Source: a virus. Taken from it: 64,000 nt of DNA. Position numbers and translations under genes: made by a program. Where the stretch lies: IMG/VR virus record IMGVR_UViG_3300037063_000214. The stretch is one strand, 5' to 3'. Below the pieces are notes generated by a model. The model was not told the DNA's origin. It did no database searches and saw only the letters and a list, made by a program, of their open reading frames with translations. How positions within the stretch are numbered: position 1 is the stretch's first letter; every line of letters begins with the position of its first letter. Positions 25,855 to 34,996 of this stretch are shown piece after piece.

Positions 25855-28446
25855 CTACTCAAAAATGAGTCTTTTTTGTAATAAGGGATTCCTAAAACTT
25901 GACACTGCAATGCCTTTGCGCACGGCATCTTCATTAGTTTTTGGCTCAGGAAACAGTCTTTTTTGCTTCACATTCCTTGATGGTTTTTTAGAAGGTTCGC
26001 CAAAAAGTTTAGCTACAGCCTTATTTGTTCTTTCGGGGTTCCACTCATCCCAATCATAGGGGAATGACCAGCGAAATTCGGGAGTATCGTAATACCCTCC
26101 CGTGCCTTCAGCGTCTTGGTGGCCTTGGGCATCTTTTACCAGTTTCTTTTCATCCATGAGTTGCAAATAACGACCATCGGTGGTTGTTGTGATTTTGATC
26201 CTATCTTTATCTTTTAAGCCTTCTTGGACTTTCTTTTTAATATTTGCCCTTACCTCTGCTTGGTTTGGTCCCCCAGCCACATATGCAGCATGCAATTTTT
26301 GTAGTACAGGCACAGCATCCCACACTTTATTTTGATCGTAACCCTTTAATTTTTCTTTTATCTCTTGTATAACTTCAGGATTTGCGAATCCTCCCGTTTC
26401 ATTCATCTCATTTTCCTGAGTAGTTAAATATTTTTTGAGTTTGTCAACTTCCTGGTCAAAAACTTTTTGCCCTTTAGCGATGTAAGCATTATATAAATCT
26501 GTAAGCGCCAATTTCACCGCAACTTTATCATTAGGGTTGAAATTTGAATACCATGATTGCATTTCTACTGGAAAATCATAAGTGAGGGATAAACCAATAT
26601 TATGGATTTGCGGATCATTGATTCCGTTAAGCAAGTCCGTGAGTTCATCGATATCCGGGCTGTCATAGTTGTGTTCACCAGTCTGAACAAACATCCACGC
26701 TTTCTTAGCTTCACTGTCACCTGTTTTCTTAATGAACTCTTCTTCATTAGGCCAAGAGGCAACCGCTACTCCGTATTTTGGGTCGTATGTAGCACTTTCT
26801 AAACCCAAAATAGCTTTGATTTTTTTCAACAGCTTTCCATCCATTCCATGTTCTTTATAATATCCTGCGATGGTCATTCCTACGCCTGGATTAATTTTAT
26901 TGACGATGGCTTGTTGTTCAGGGGTAAGATCAGAAAAAGAAAAATTGTGAGACGCTAAGATTCCACCGCCGCCAACGCCTTGTATTCTATGATCTTCCAA
27001 TAATTTCATAATATATGGATGGTATTGAGGAGTAGGTTTTGCATTACCTTTACCCTTCATTTCCCCTAAAGTTCCACTGTCAGCACCTGGTGGGTCTTCA
27101 TGAAGAATGAATGTAAGATGAGGTTCCCACAAAAAATCTTTTCCGTGTTTAACTGGTCTGCGTAAACTGAGTATGCCGATACCTTCTCTACCGGCGAAAG
27201 GGGAATTTCCGCAGTGACCCATGGCTTTAGCTTCTTGGTCACAGGAAGAGCGAGGTAAAAACCACCAAGCCCAACCATCGGGAAACTTAATAAAAACTTT
27301 ATCTTCTGTTTTAGGTTTAAGTCCTCGTTTTGCTGCTTCTGCCCAAGCCTGCTCAATGCTAGAAAATCGTTGTCGTAAATCAGTCCAAGTTTCTACTGTC
27401 GGACTATAATTATTGATCTCCGGTACATTCAAACCATAAAAGTGATCTAAATTTGCATGTATAGTCGATAAATCTCCTATACTCATACTATCAGCATCTG
27501 GATTTCCCCCTTTTGCTGACATGTCTTTTTTGTATTGATCTAGAACATTCTTTACTCGCTCTTTATAAATCTGTTCTCTGGATTTCTCGCCTGGGGATGT
27601 TGGTTCAGCAGGTCTACCAGATCCAGCGGCTCCAGCGGCATGATAAAGTTCTTGCATGATAGCCAAGCGGATCCAGCGCAAAAACCAAATAACTCGATCC
27701 TGTTTTTTGAGACTCCGCTTAGCCCATGTAATTTCTTTATCTATCAAAAACTTGGATTCAGGGTTTAAAGCAAGTATAGACTTAAACATTTCCTCATAAT
27801 TATAGGCTAAAATGATGTGGGAAGTGACACCAAATCTACCTTTGATTTGATTGCTTAAACTTTTAGCCATAAGAGGAGGAAATATCCTAGCTTTTTCGAT
27901 ATTTGGGCTAAAAGAAAATTTCTCTAGAGTAATGCCTTTGTAATCGGCGCTCGTAACATATAAAGTAGCTGGCAAACCCGTACTTCCTGTTTTAACCCCA
28001 CCATCCAAAGCAACAATGGAATCAGCTTCTGCGTAATCTGGGCGTCTATTTAATCCTGGAGTGCCTTTTGCGGCGTTATTAACAGCTGTAGCAGCGGGGT
28101 TAGCCGCTTTTGATATATTCATCTGGTTATCCTCTAGAGCCCTCTGTAGGCTCTTTAATCCCGTTCCCCCGGGGGTATCTTCATAAACCGGCCCGCCCAT
28201 GTCCAAAAACCATTGTTTGGTACCTCGCAGTACATTTAATTCCCCTTTTTGCTTGGGGCGCTTAAAAAGCAAAAATGTATCCGTACCGTACTTCAATTCC
28301 CAGCCGTATTGAGCTACCAGACGAGTTACTTTTGAGTCTTCGGGAGATTTTACCGCTTGTTTCCAGGCGAATCCCTTATCCCCAATGACAAATTGTCTAC
28401 TGGTTTCCGGGTCGAAATAAGTAAGTTTTTGTAAAAGATTAGGCAT
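25855..28446 (-). CDS. large hypothetical protein (863 aa)
   Basis: Uninterrupted ORF. No family recognized by eye. Confidence 0.5.
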   Translation of the reverse strand: MPNLLQKLTYFDPETSRQFVIGDKGFAWKQAVKSPEDSKVTRLVAQYGWELKYGTDTFLLFKRPKQKGELNVLRGTKQWFLDMGGPVYEDTPGGTGLKSLQRALEDNQMNISKAANPAATAVNNAAKGTPGLNRRPDYAEADSIVALDGGVKTGSTGLPATLYVTSADYKGITLEKFSFSPNIEKARIFPPLMAKSLSNQIKGRFGVTSHIILAYNYEEMFKSILALNPESKFLIDKEITWAKRSLKKQDRVIWFLRWIRLAIMQELYHAAGAAGSGRPAEPTSPGEKSREQIYKERVKNVLDQYKKDMSAKGGNPDADSMSIGDLSTIHANLDHFYGLNVPEINNYSPTVETWTDLRQRFSSIEQAWAEAAKRGLKPKTEDKVFIKFPDGWAWWFLPRSSCDQEAKAMGHCGNSPFAGREGIGILSLRRPVKHGKDFLWEPHLTFILHEDPPGADSGTLGEMKGKGNAKPTPQYHPYIMKLLEDHRIQGVGGGGILASHNFSFSDLTPEQQAIVNKINPGVGMTIAGYYKEHGMDGKLLKKIKAILGLESATYDPKYGVAVASWPNEEEFIKKTGDSEAKKAWMFVQTGEHNYDSPDIDELTDLLNGINDPQIHNIGLSLTYDFPVEMQSWYSNFNPNDKVAVKLALTDLYNAYIAKGQKVFDQEVDKLKKYLTTQENEMNETGGFANPEVIQEIKEKLKGYDQNKVWDAVPVLQKLHAAYVAGGPNQAEVRANIKKKVQEGLKDKDRIKITTTTDGRYLQLMDEKKLVKDAQGHQDAEGTGGYYDTPEFRWSFPYDWDEWNPERTNKAVAKLFGEPSKKPSRNVKQKRLFPEPKTNEDAVRKGIAVSSFRNPLLQKRLIFE

Positions 28447-28490
28447 GACGGTTTCTACAGAAGAAGTAGAAAGTCACTGTTTTTATGGAT

Positions 28491-28976
28491 TTACTGAGTT
28501 GTGTTATTTTTTTCTATTCCACGTACTTTCAACCATTCTATTTCTTGGGGACTTAAGGGGCAGGGTGAAGGATCTCCAGGTTTCCAATTGTGGATGTGAT
28601 CGGGAAGATTATTGAAACTAACATCTCTGTAACCAAGCCAAATCCAAACAGACATCATTATGGCGTTAAGAATATTCCAAGCGGCTTGGGGGAGGTGGGG
28701 TTCATTGCGATCTCCTTCTCGATAACGCTGAATGTGGCGTTCGGCGGAACCAAGCAACTCATTAATTGGCATTCCATTTTCCCAATTACGAGTATCCCCA
28801 TTGCCGATGCCGCCGTTGAGTTTATCCCTTTGGATGTTACCGTTCTCGTAAATGCGAGAAACAAGGAAAAGAGCAATAGAAGGCATCCAGTGTGGTGCCC
28901 CTTTCCCTATCGCTGCGTCTCTACTCGCACCGCCCTTAAATACACGTTCCTCACCTGTTTTTTTAAACTCTTCCAT
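28491..28976 (-). CDS. hypothetical protein
   Basis: 161-aa ORF. Confidence 0.4.
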   Translation of the reverse strand: MEEFKKTGEERVFKGGASRDAAIGKGAPHWMPSIALFLVSRIYENGNIQRDKLNGGIGNGDTRNWENGMPINELLGSAERHIQRYREGDRNEPHLPQAAWNILNAIMMSVWIWLGYRDVSFNNLPDHIHNWKPGDPSPCPLSPQEIEWLKVRGIEKNNTTQ

Positions 28977-29024
28977 GTCTCCTAATACTGAACCTAGCGG
29001 TTTATAGATAAGAAAAAAATGGTA

Positions 29025-29465
29025 TTAAGACCAATCCACCACTTTATCTTCATCTTTTAGAGGCTGAGTCCATCGATACCCATTCGTGGTAGTAACAATA
29101 CGCTTCCAGTTGTTACATTCCATGTTGGAGACGAGTATTGCATCGTCTTTAGTTGCGCGAGCTTTCACTTGTTTCAAAGTCTCGACCTTACCGCCCAAGT
29201 AATACATCCCGCTTGTTTTGGTTTCTTTGGAGTCCAAATCATCCACTCCCCTGCTGCGAGTAGAAAACCTAAATCCATAAGGTACAGCGTCATGACGTTC
29301 TTTGATCCCGCGAGCTTTTTTCTTGGCTTCTTCAACATCCCAAGAATCAATAGATAAGCAGCTTGTTTCTGCTACAAATGTACCCGGGCTGAAAAATGTT
29401 ACAAAATGTTTTTCCATAACCACCTTTTTTTGAGTTTTTGCTTTAGCTTTCTTTTTTGTTTTCAT
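29025..29465 (-). CDS. hypothetical protein with a basic N-terminus
   Basis: 146-aa ORF. Confidence 0.4.
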   Translation of the reverse strand: MKTKKKAKAKTQKKVVMEKHFVTFFSPGTFVAETSCLSIDSWDVEEAKKKARGIKERHDAVPYGFRFSTRSRGVDDLDSKETKTSGMYYLGGKVETLKQVKARATKDDAILVSNMECNNWKRIVTTTNGYRWTQPLKDEDKVVDWS

Positions 29466-29493
29466 AAATAGGATACAAGATACCTAAAATTTG

Positions 29494-30042
29494 TCAACCA
29501 CGAGCCTGCGGCGGATTCATCGGCGCATCACCCTGAAGCTGTTCTAGAACTGTTTTTAATCTTTCTTTAATTTCATCGGCTTCTTTTAGTTGAGTTAGTC
29601 CTTCTTTATCAAACTGAGTTGAATCAAGATCTCTGAGCCATTCCTGGAGATATACGATTGTGATATAAGACAGTACAAGAAGATCTTCAAGATCTTCAAC
29701 TTCTGATAGCCGTTTGCTCCGCTTACCAGTGCTTGGATTTCGTTTTCGTCCGGTTGACCCATTTGATTTACTCCGTTGAGGAATGTGACGGTTCGGGTTG
29801 GGTAACTTTGCTACGGCGTCGGCCCACGCTTCTTCGTAAGTGTCGCCCGAGCCGATCACGGGGGCGTCGAGAGCGTCTGATCTGTATACCTCACAGACAC
29901 AGTTTTCGGGATGGGAAAAGTTCTTCTTAGCATCAACGCCAAAGTAGGTCGCTTTGGGGTAGACAGCCCAGACCGCATCCTCATTGGCTCGTGCCTGCTT
30001 CTGTGTGATATTCATATACCAGCCTTTCCGCACCTGCCACAA
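29494..30042 (-). CDS. hypothetical protein
   Basis: 182-aa ORF. Confidence 0.4.
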   Translation of the reverse strand: MWQVRKGWYMNITQKQARANEDAVWAVYPKATYFGVDAKKNFSHPENCVCEVYRSDALDAPVIGSGDTYEEAWADAVAKLPNPNRHIPQRSKSNGSTGRKRNPSTGKRSKRLSEVEDLEDLLVLSYITIVYLQEWLRDLDSTQFDKEGLTQLKEADEIKERLKTVLEQLQGDAPMNPPQARG

Positions 30043-30519
30043 ATGAAACCGTTCGCGGAATCAGTCCCATGTCGGTGCCAATGCGGTTTTATTCGGCCAC
30101 TTCCCCAGCCCAATGCACGGGCAATTTCCGTACCCAACTTGTCCCCTGCACTGGCATACCAGTGATACCATTCTTTTTGATGCCCGAATACCCGGCAAAG
30201 CCAATCCCAAGTAGGGCCGTCCCGCCATCTCCGTTTGTACGGCCATGATCCAGTTCCTATCTTAAGCCTTGGCATTAGACCCACGCTCCGCAATCGTCGC
30301 AGGACGAGTCCATGCCGACTGGATGTGTCTTCTTGTGCGGGCAGCAATTGATATTGAAAACGAAATTGTGCAACTCATCATCAGTGAGACGATTCACCTT
30401 CGCCACGGCCAAACGAAGCAGCCGCTCTTTGGTCATTTTCTTGGGCATCAGAATGTCTTCTTTCCGACCCACGAGATCCACTTTTGGGCCTCGGGTGGGC
30501 TTTCAGCTTTTCTATCATA

Positions 30520-30885
30520 TCACACGAACTTCACTGTGTCCCGCATTTTCTTCGGGTACGTGTGAAACCAAATGTTATTGTCGCCGCAGAGTTCGCAGAT
30601 ACCCTTGACCTGTCCAGCTGGGATTCGTTCTGTCCAGCTAACGAAGCGGAAGGGATGCGGACAAATCACTTGAAGCTCGTGAAGCTGCCGCGTGAGGCTA
30701 TATTCAATTGCCCTCACATCAAACCGCGAGTCGTTGAGACTCTGACTCACGGCCTTGAGTTTGTTGATCTGCGTTGGCGTAAAGCGCCCTCGTTCGCGGG
30801 CAGCTTTAAGCTCTGCGCTGGTCTCGATTCTTTGTTGACTGTTCATTTGGCTAACCTCTTTTCGGCAGTTGGGAGCGAATCGCAT
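30520..30885 (-). CDS. hypothetical protein (GC-rich island)
   Basis: 121-aa ORF. Confidence 0.35.
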   Translation of the reverse strand: MRFAPNCRKEVSQMNSQQRIETSAELKAARERGRFTPTQINKLKAVSQSLNDSRFDVRAIEYSLTRQLHELQVICPHPFRFVSWTERIPAGQVKGICELCGDNNIWFHTYPKKMRDTVKFV

Positions 30886-31267
30886 CTTCCACGAGTCCCA
30901 TAATTTCGCGCTTGATCTTGAGAAGCTGATCGTCGTTGTACTTCTCTATTCCCTGGAGTCGCTTCAGTTCGAGGTCACGCTCCTCAGACTCGAACTTGCG
31001 CCGCACAAGTTCGGTTATTTCGGCGCAGTTAGTGCGAACAAGCAAGTTCATTTTCTTGCAATCGGGGCAGGCAATTACCCTGCCAGAAATATCCCACCAG
31101 CGGTCAGCGTGCTCCGCACCGCACGAGCCACAAGTCCAGTCGTAGAACCCGTCGGCGTGGTGAACATACGAGGCGAGCATCTGCACTTCTGATGCGCCTA
31201 TCTCGTGCCCATTATCATCCTCGTATTTCTCTTGCTGGAGATTTTTCATGCCGTCAATCCCGCCCAT
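30851..31267 (-). CDS. hypothetical zinc-ribbon protein (GC-rich island)
   Basis: CGSCG...CPDC motifs. Confidence 0.35.
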   Translation of the reverse strand: MGGIDGMKNLQQEKYEDDNGHEIGASEVQMLASYVHHADGFYDWTCGSCGAEHADRWWDISGRVIACPDCKKMNLLVRTNCAEITELVRRKFESEERDLELKRLQGIEKYNDDQLLKIKREIMGLVEDAIRSQLPKRG

Positions 31268-31426
31268 ACGATACAGTCTGACGGAACTTCATGGCTATCA
31301 ACTGCTTGACCGCATCGCTCGCAATCTATTGAATAACCGGAAAACCCGTTATGTGCGGCATCCTGCCCAGCACGACAAATAGCGTTGAACATATCTTCGC
31401 CAGGGTAAACAATTGTATGAAATATA

Positions 31427-31843
31427 CTAGTCATCGCCTCCTCCTCCTCCATCACCCCCGCCTGAATCGCCCCCTACATCTCCGCTACCATCGGGAGACG
31501 CGCCAGCGTCATTCGTAGACTCATCTACAGTGGTTTCTTCTTCGTTGGTAGCTTTGTCTATTTCTTCTTCCTCTGCTTTTGTTGCTGCACGCCAGCTGCC
31601 CCCGCTGGGTAATTTCAATTCTCCGCCGGTAAAGGGGATATCTACATCAATATCCATATTTTTTAGTACATACTCCCACCATTTGCCTTGGTCATCTTGC
31701 ATTACAATGTGATGGTTTTTTATTTTATAGATTTTTGCTTTGTGCCTGGTATCACACCCATTACAAGATGCAAAGGTGAGCGTGATTATAGCGATGATGA
31801 TTAAAACAAGCGGATTTTGGGTATCCGATGATACATTGCTCAT
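31427..31843 (-). CDS. putative lipoprotein with an acidic Gly/Asp-rich tail
   Basis: Signal peptide with a lipobox-like LTFASC. Confidence 0.4.
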   Translation of the reverse strand: MSNVSSDTQNPLVLIIIAIITLTFASCNGCDTRHKAKIYKIKNHHIVMQDDQGKWWEYVLKNMDIDVDIPFTGGELKLPSGGSWRAATKAEEEEIDKATNEEETTVDESTNDAGASPDGSGDVGGDSGGGDGGGGGDD

Positions 31844-32370
31844 ACAGGTTCCTTATGCTCATGTGCCCATTGAGGATGCGTCACTCGCCAAATTAACGCC
31901 ATCATTAGGGCTGATATTAATGCTACCACATGAATGATGATTCGGTGTTCCGTAAGCCCCCAATCAGTGCGCTCAATGTGTACAAAGTCTTTTAGAATTT
32001 GAATCAATGTGATTCCGGCGATAGACAAGGAAATTTTTACTTTCAAAATACCGGAGTCAATATGATCCAGCCATTGGGGGCGTTCATCCTTCTCTTCTAA
32101 ATCAAATTTATGGATAAAAATTTGGTGCCCGCCTTGTACCACCATGACAATTAAATTTGCTACCATGCTGGCATCAACGAATCCCAATAACATCACCATT
32201 AGGGATTCCATATCCCATGTAAATTGATGGACAACAAACATGTAATCATTGACTAAGAAAGCGACCACATACAAAGAAAGCGCTACGATCAAGGCCAAGT
32301 TAATGGGAAAAAGCACCCACCTTATGGCGAATATCGCGTCCCCTGCGCGTTTTGTCCAAAATCTAATCAT
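31840..32370 (-). CDS. polytopic membrane protein
   Basis: Multiple hydrophobic helices. Confidence 0.4.
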   Translation of the reverse strand: MIRFWTKRAGDAIFAIRWVLFPINLALIVALSLYVVAFLVNDYMFVVHQFTWDMESLMVMLLGFVDASMVANLIVMVVQGGHQIFIHKFDLEEKDERPQWLDHIDSGILKVKISLSIAGITLIQILKDFVHIERTDWGLTEHRIIIHVVALISALMMALIWRVTHPQWAHEHKEPV

Positions 32371-32693
32371 CTTCCCAGTCTGCGTTTTCGGATTTCCATC
32401 TCATCCCATTGGGACACGACAACCAGTGCAGCTAAAAACAAGTGCCAGCCAAAGCCTAGCAAAAATACCTGGAACATGTCAACCCCGACGCTAAAGACAG
32501 GGGATACTGATTGGTTCATTATGGCTTGAAATTTTTTGTTATCCTCTGTCTGCCCATAGAATAAAACCAATCGACATCCGATACAAGACATAAGCATCAA
32601 CAGACCGTACAGGACATAGGCCCACTGGTACCCAAACATACCCAACAATATCAGTAGAATCAAGCCGATATTATACAAAATATACTGCCCCAT
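32367..32693 (-). CDS. membrane protein
   Basis: Hydrophobic ORF. Confidence 0.35.
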   Translation of the reverse strand: MGQYILYNIGLILLILLGMFGYQWAYVLYGLLMLMSCIGCRLVLFYGQTEDNKKFQAIMNQSVSPVFSVGVDMFQVFLLGFGWHLFLAALVVVSQWDEMEIRKRRLGR

Positions 32694-32724
32694 GTGGACT
32701 TTGTGACTAAGTTAGATGAAAGGG

Positions 32725-33129
32725 TCATAGATTTGTCCCGAAAGTGTTCCTTACTCTTTGAGAGTAGTTAAGATACGGTATCCAAATACACGCAGCGATA
32801 GAAGTTCGTACCAAAGATAAAAAATATAAGGGTACAAACAAACTCTTAGCGGATATACTCCAAAATACCAAGACTGTCGTCACAACCACACTCAAGACTA
32901 AAAAACCCACAGCGAGAAGTATGCCTTCTACTCTTTTTTTTGTTAATAGTATGGCTGAAGCACTCGCCAAGAGAGTTAAAAATATGGGTATGAAAGAATG
33001 AAAGTTTTTAATCCCTCCATTCCCAAGCCAAGGGTCGGAAGAGTCAAAAGACGCTAGAAAATAAACCAGAGCATTACAGTACATCCAGATGACGAACACC
33101 AAGAGCCACCCTCTGATCCCAATTTTCAC
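32725..33129 (-). CDS. membrane protein
   Basis: Hydrophobic ORF. Confidence 0.35.
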   Translation of the reverse strand: MKIGIRGWLLVFVIWMYCNALVYFLASFDSSDPWLGNGGIKNFHSFIPIFLTLLASASAILLTKKRVEGILLAVGFLVLSVVVTTVLVFWSISAKSLFVPLYFLSLVRTSIAACIWIPYLNYSQRVRNTFGTNL

Positions 33130-33130
33130 T

Positions 33131-33370
33131 TTATTTTCCTTTCTTTTTATTTTTCTTTTTCTTGATTGGAAGAAGTCTTATTTTATTTGATACATAATTT
33201 CTTATACTACGCGTCTCTGGAGTGGTGTACCACATAGTACCGTCTGTACCTATGTAAGTTATATCTTTGATCTCAACAGGTACAACTGAATATTGGCCAT
33301 CAACATGGTAAGGAGTAATGGCTTGTACCATAGCATCAGCATCTTTTTTTGAAAAATAAGAGTGAAACCC
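33131..33370 (-). pseudogene. C-terminal fragment of a paralog-family gene (P4-C)
   Basis: The frame extends upstream of the annotated Met as VTGFHSYFSKKDADAMVQAITPYHVDG...NYVSNKIRLLPIKKKKNKKKGK and begins directly after a stop fused to the tRNA-like remnant. Confidence 0.5.
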
Positions 33371-33445
33371 TGTTACTTAGGGGGCGGGAGTCGAACCCGC
33401 CGGTCTTCCGCTTGCGCGGCTGCTCTGCCTAACCTTGAGCTAACC
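33371..33445 (-). other. tRNA-like remnant (good D-arm and T-arm, no anticodon arm)
   Basis: TAGCTCAAGGTTAGGCAGAGC D-arm and GCGGG-TTCGACT-CCCGC T-arm, but the acceptor strands do not pair and a GNRA hairpin replaces the anticodon arm. Confidence 0.35.
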
Positions 33446-33770
33446 CGAACTTTGCTTGATCCCTGAACTTCTGCCACACGCTGTCGCTCGTCTGCCAGCG
33501 CCAGAGCATGTCCACGAAGGACCCACAGTACGTGCAGTAGATTTCGACGGTGCCGTAGAGCGGGTCAAAGTTCCGACCTTCGCGCTTTGCCGCGTCATCG
33601 CCGAGACAACTGGGTTCGTGACCCCTGCGGAACACCCAAGTGCCCGATTCTCTTCCCGGTGGATCAGCCCAAATCATCAGTTCAGGCGGCTCCATGTCGT
33701 GACGAAATATCGCCGCGAAAGCATCCGCGAGATCGTCAACGTTGATATGCCCGTTTCCGTCTATACTCAT
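33429..33770 (-). CDS. hypothetical protein, markedly GC-rich
   Basis: 113-aa ORF. GC content and codon usage differ from flanking genes. Confidence 0.4.
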   Translation of the reverse strand: MSIDGNGHINVDDLADAFAAIFRHDMEPPELMIWADPPGRESGTWVFRRGHEPSCLGDDAAKREGRNFDPLYGTVEIYCTYCGSFVDMLWRWQTSDSVWQKFRDQAKFGLAQG

Positions 33771-33968
33771 AAAGCTTGTAGTCTACCGACGTGCTCGGGA
33801 TACTTCGCTGCAAATCCAACCGAGCTATACGGAGGCCAATGAAAAATTTCCCCGTCTTGCAAATCCTCGATCACGAAGCGGCAAAACTCAACCCATGCTT
33901 GTGACCCCGTTGCTGTGTACGGTCCAATTTTTAGTTCCATACACTACAATACCACAAAACTCAAATTT

Positions 33969-34046
33969 TGGTCGGCGCGGCAGGATTCGAACCTGCACCT
34001 TGCTCCTTAAGAGGGAGATATGCTAACCGTTAAACAACACGCGCCG
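33969..34046 (-). tRNA. tRNA-Lys (anticodon CUU)
   Basis: Acceptor CGGCGCG/CGCGCCG, discriminator A and CCA. Anticodon loop CTCTTAA. 5-nt variable loop. T-arm GCAGG-TTCGAAT-CCTGC. D-arm irregular. Confidence 0.7.
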
Positions 34047-34092
34047 AAACTTCAGTATTCATTAGTATGAAGCAAGCTGGAGCTTACACCGT

Positions 34093-34266
34093 CTACGAGG
34101 GCGACGAGGAGTGCTTCTTTAGAGCCCCACACCATCCGATGCTCCACTTAGAAGTTAGTATAATATGATAAAATGGGGATGAGTTACGACCAGTAACGAT
34201 CTTCCAAGCTTTGCGAACTTTATGATCTGGGGGATTAAGTGTTTGAGTGATTGTGTATAAACACAT
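34093..34266 (-). pseudogene. N-terminal fragment of a paralog-family gene (P4-N)
   Basis: MCLYTITQTLNPPDHKVRKAWKIVTGRNSSPFYHIILTSKWSIGW then stop. Its start lies inside the 3' end of 34235-34669 in another frame. Confidence 0.4.
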
Positions 34267-34669
34267 GGCTATTTCCTCTTTGTGGGATACAGACGAATTT
34301 TATTGCTGACATAGGTTTTATACCCATATCAAGTCCCTGTGTGTGGATTTCATCAATTTCAACTGGAATGAGTTGATAATATGGATATTCTGCATTCCAT
34401 TTGGAAAGTTCTTTCTGGGCGTCTTTTTTGCGGGCAAAGGTATGGAATCCTGCACTATATGAAAAGTTAATGAGGTCTTGCCCCACACTTTCTATCGTCG
34501 TTCCCTCGGCTACTTGCCAAGAAGAAGTAATAAAAGCAGGGTAACAACAAGTTTCATAACTCCCTTTCGGTGCTGGTGGGATGGGTTTATTAAAGCGAAC
34601 TATTTTCCAAGCTTTTTTTGAGCTTCTGGTAGCGATGTCGAATATTTTTTCAACTGAACTTAAACACAT
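34235..34669 (-). CDS. member of the MCL-AWKIV paralog family (P3, divergent C-terminus without the Lys tail)
   Basis: MCLSSVEKIF...KKAWKIV...AGFHTFARKKDAQKELSKWN...IPVEIDEIHTQGLDMG. Confidence 0.5.
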   Translation of the reverse strand: MCLSSVEKIFDIATRSSKKAWKIVRFNKPIPPAPKGSYETCCYPAFITSSWQVAEGTTIESVGQDLINFSYSAGFHTFARKKDAQKELSKWNAEYPYYQLIPVEIDEIHTQGLDMGIKPMSAIKFVCIPQRGNSHVFIHNHSNT

Positions 34670-34672
34670 AAA

Positions 34673-34996
34673 TCACTCCAAGGGAATATTAGCAAAATTA
34701 TCTTCGATCAATTCAGAAAAATATTTGCGTCTTTCCAAAATGTATCTTTTAACATCCGAGGCTTTGATACCGTACTCTACTAGCTCTTCTTGTGCCACGA
34801 CGGAGCGAAGGTATTCTTCTACTGGAACGGACACATATTCTTCCCTGTAGAAAGGCTCTCTGACTCCTTTTATATCCCAATTCGGCACCTTGATGACATG
34901 ATCAAATATGTAAATTTCTGTCTCCAACTGTCGAACACAAAATCGCACTTGAGAATCGAATACTGTAATGGCTCGATAGCCCAGAGATTTACTCAC
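34673..34996 (-). CDS. hypothetical protein
   Basis: 107-aa ORF. Confidence 0.4.
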   Translation of the reverse strand: MSKSLGYRAITVFDSQVRFCVRQLETEIYIFDHVIKVPNWDIKGVREPFYREEYVSVPVEEYLRSVVAQEELVEYGIKASDVKRYILERRKYFSELIEDNFANIPLE

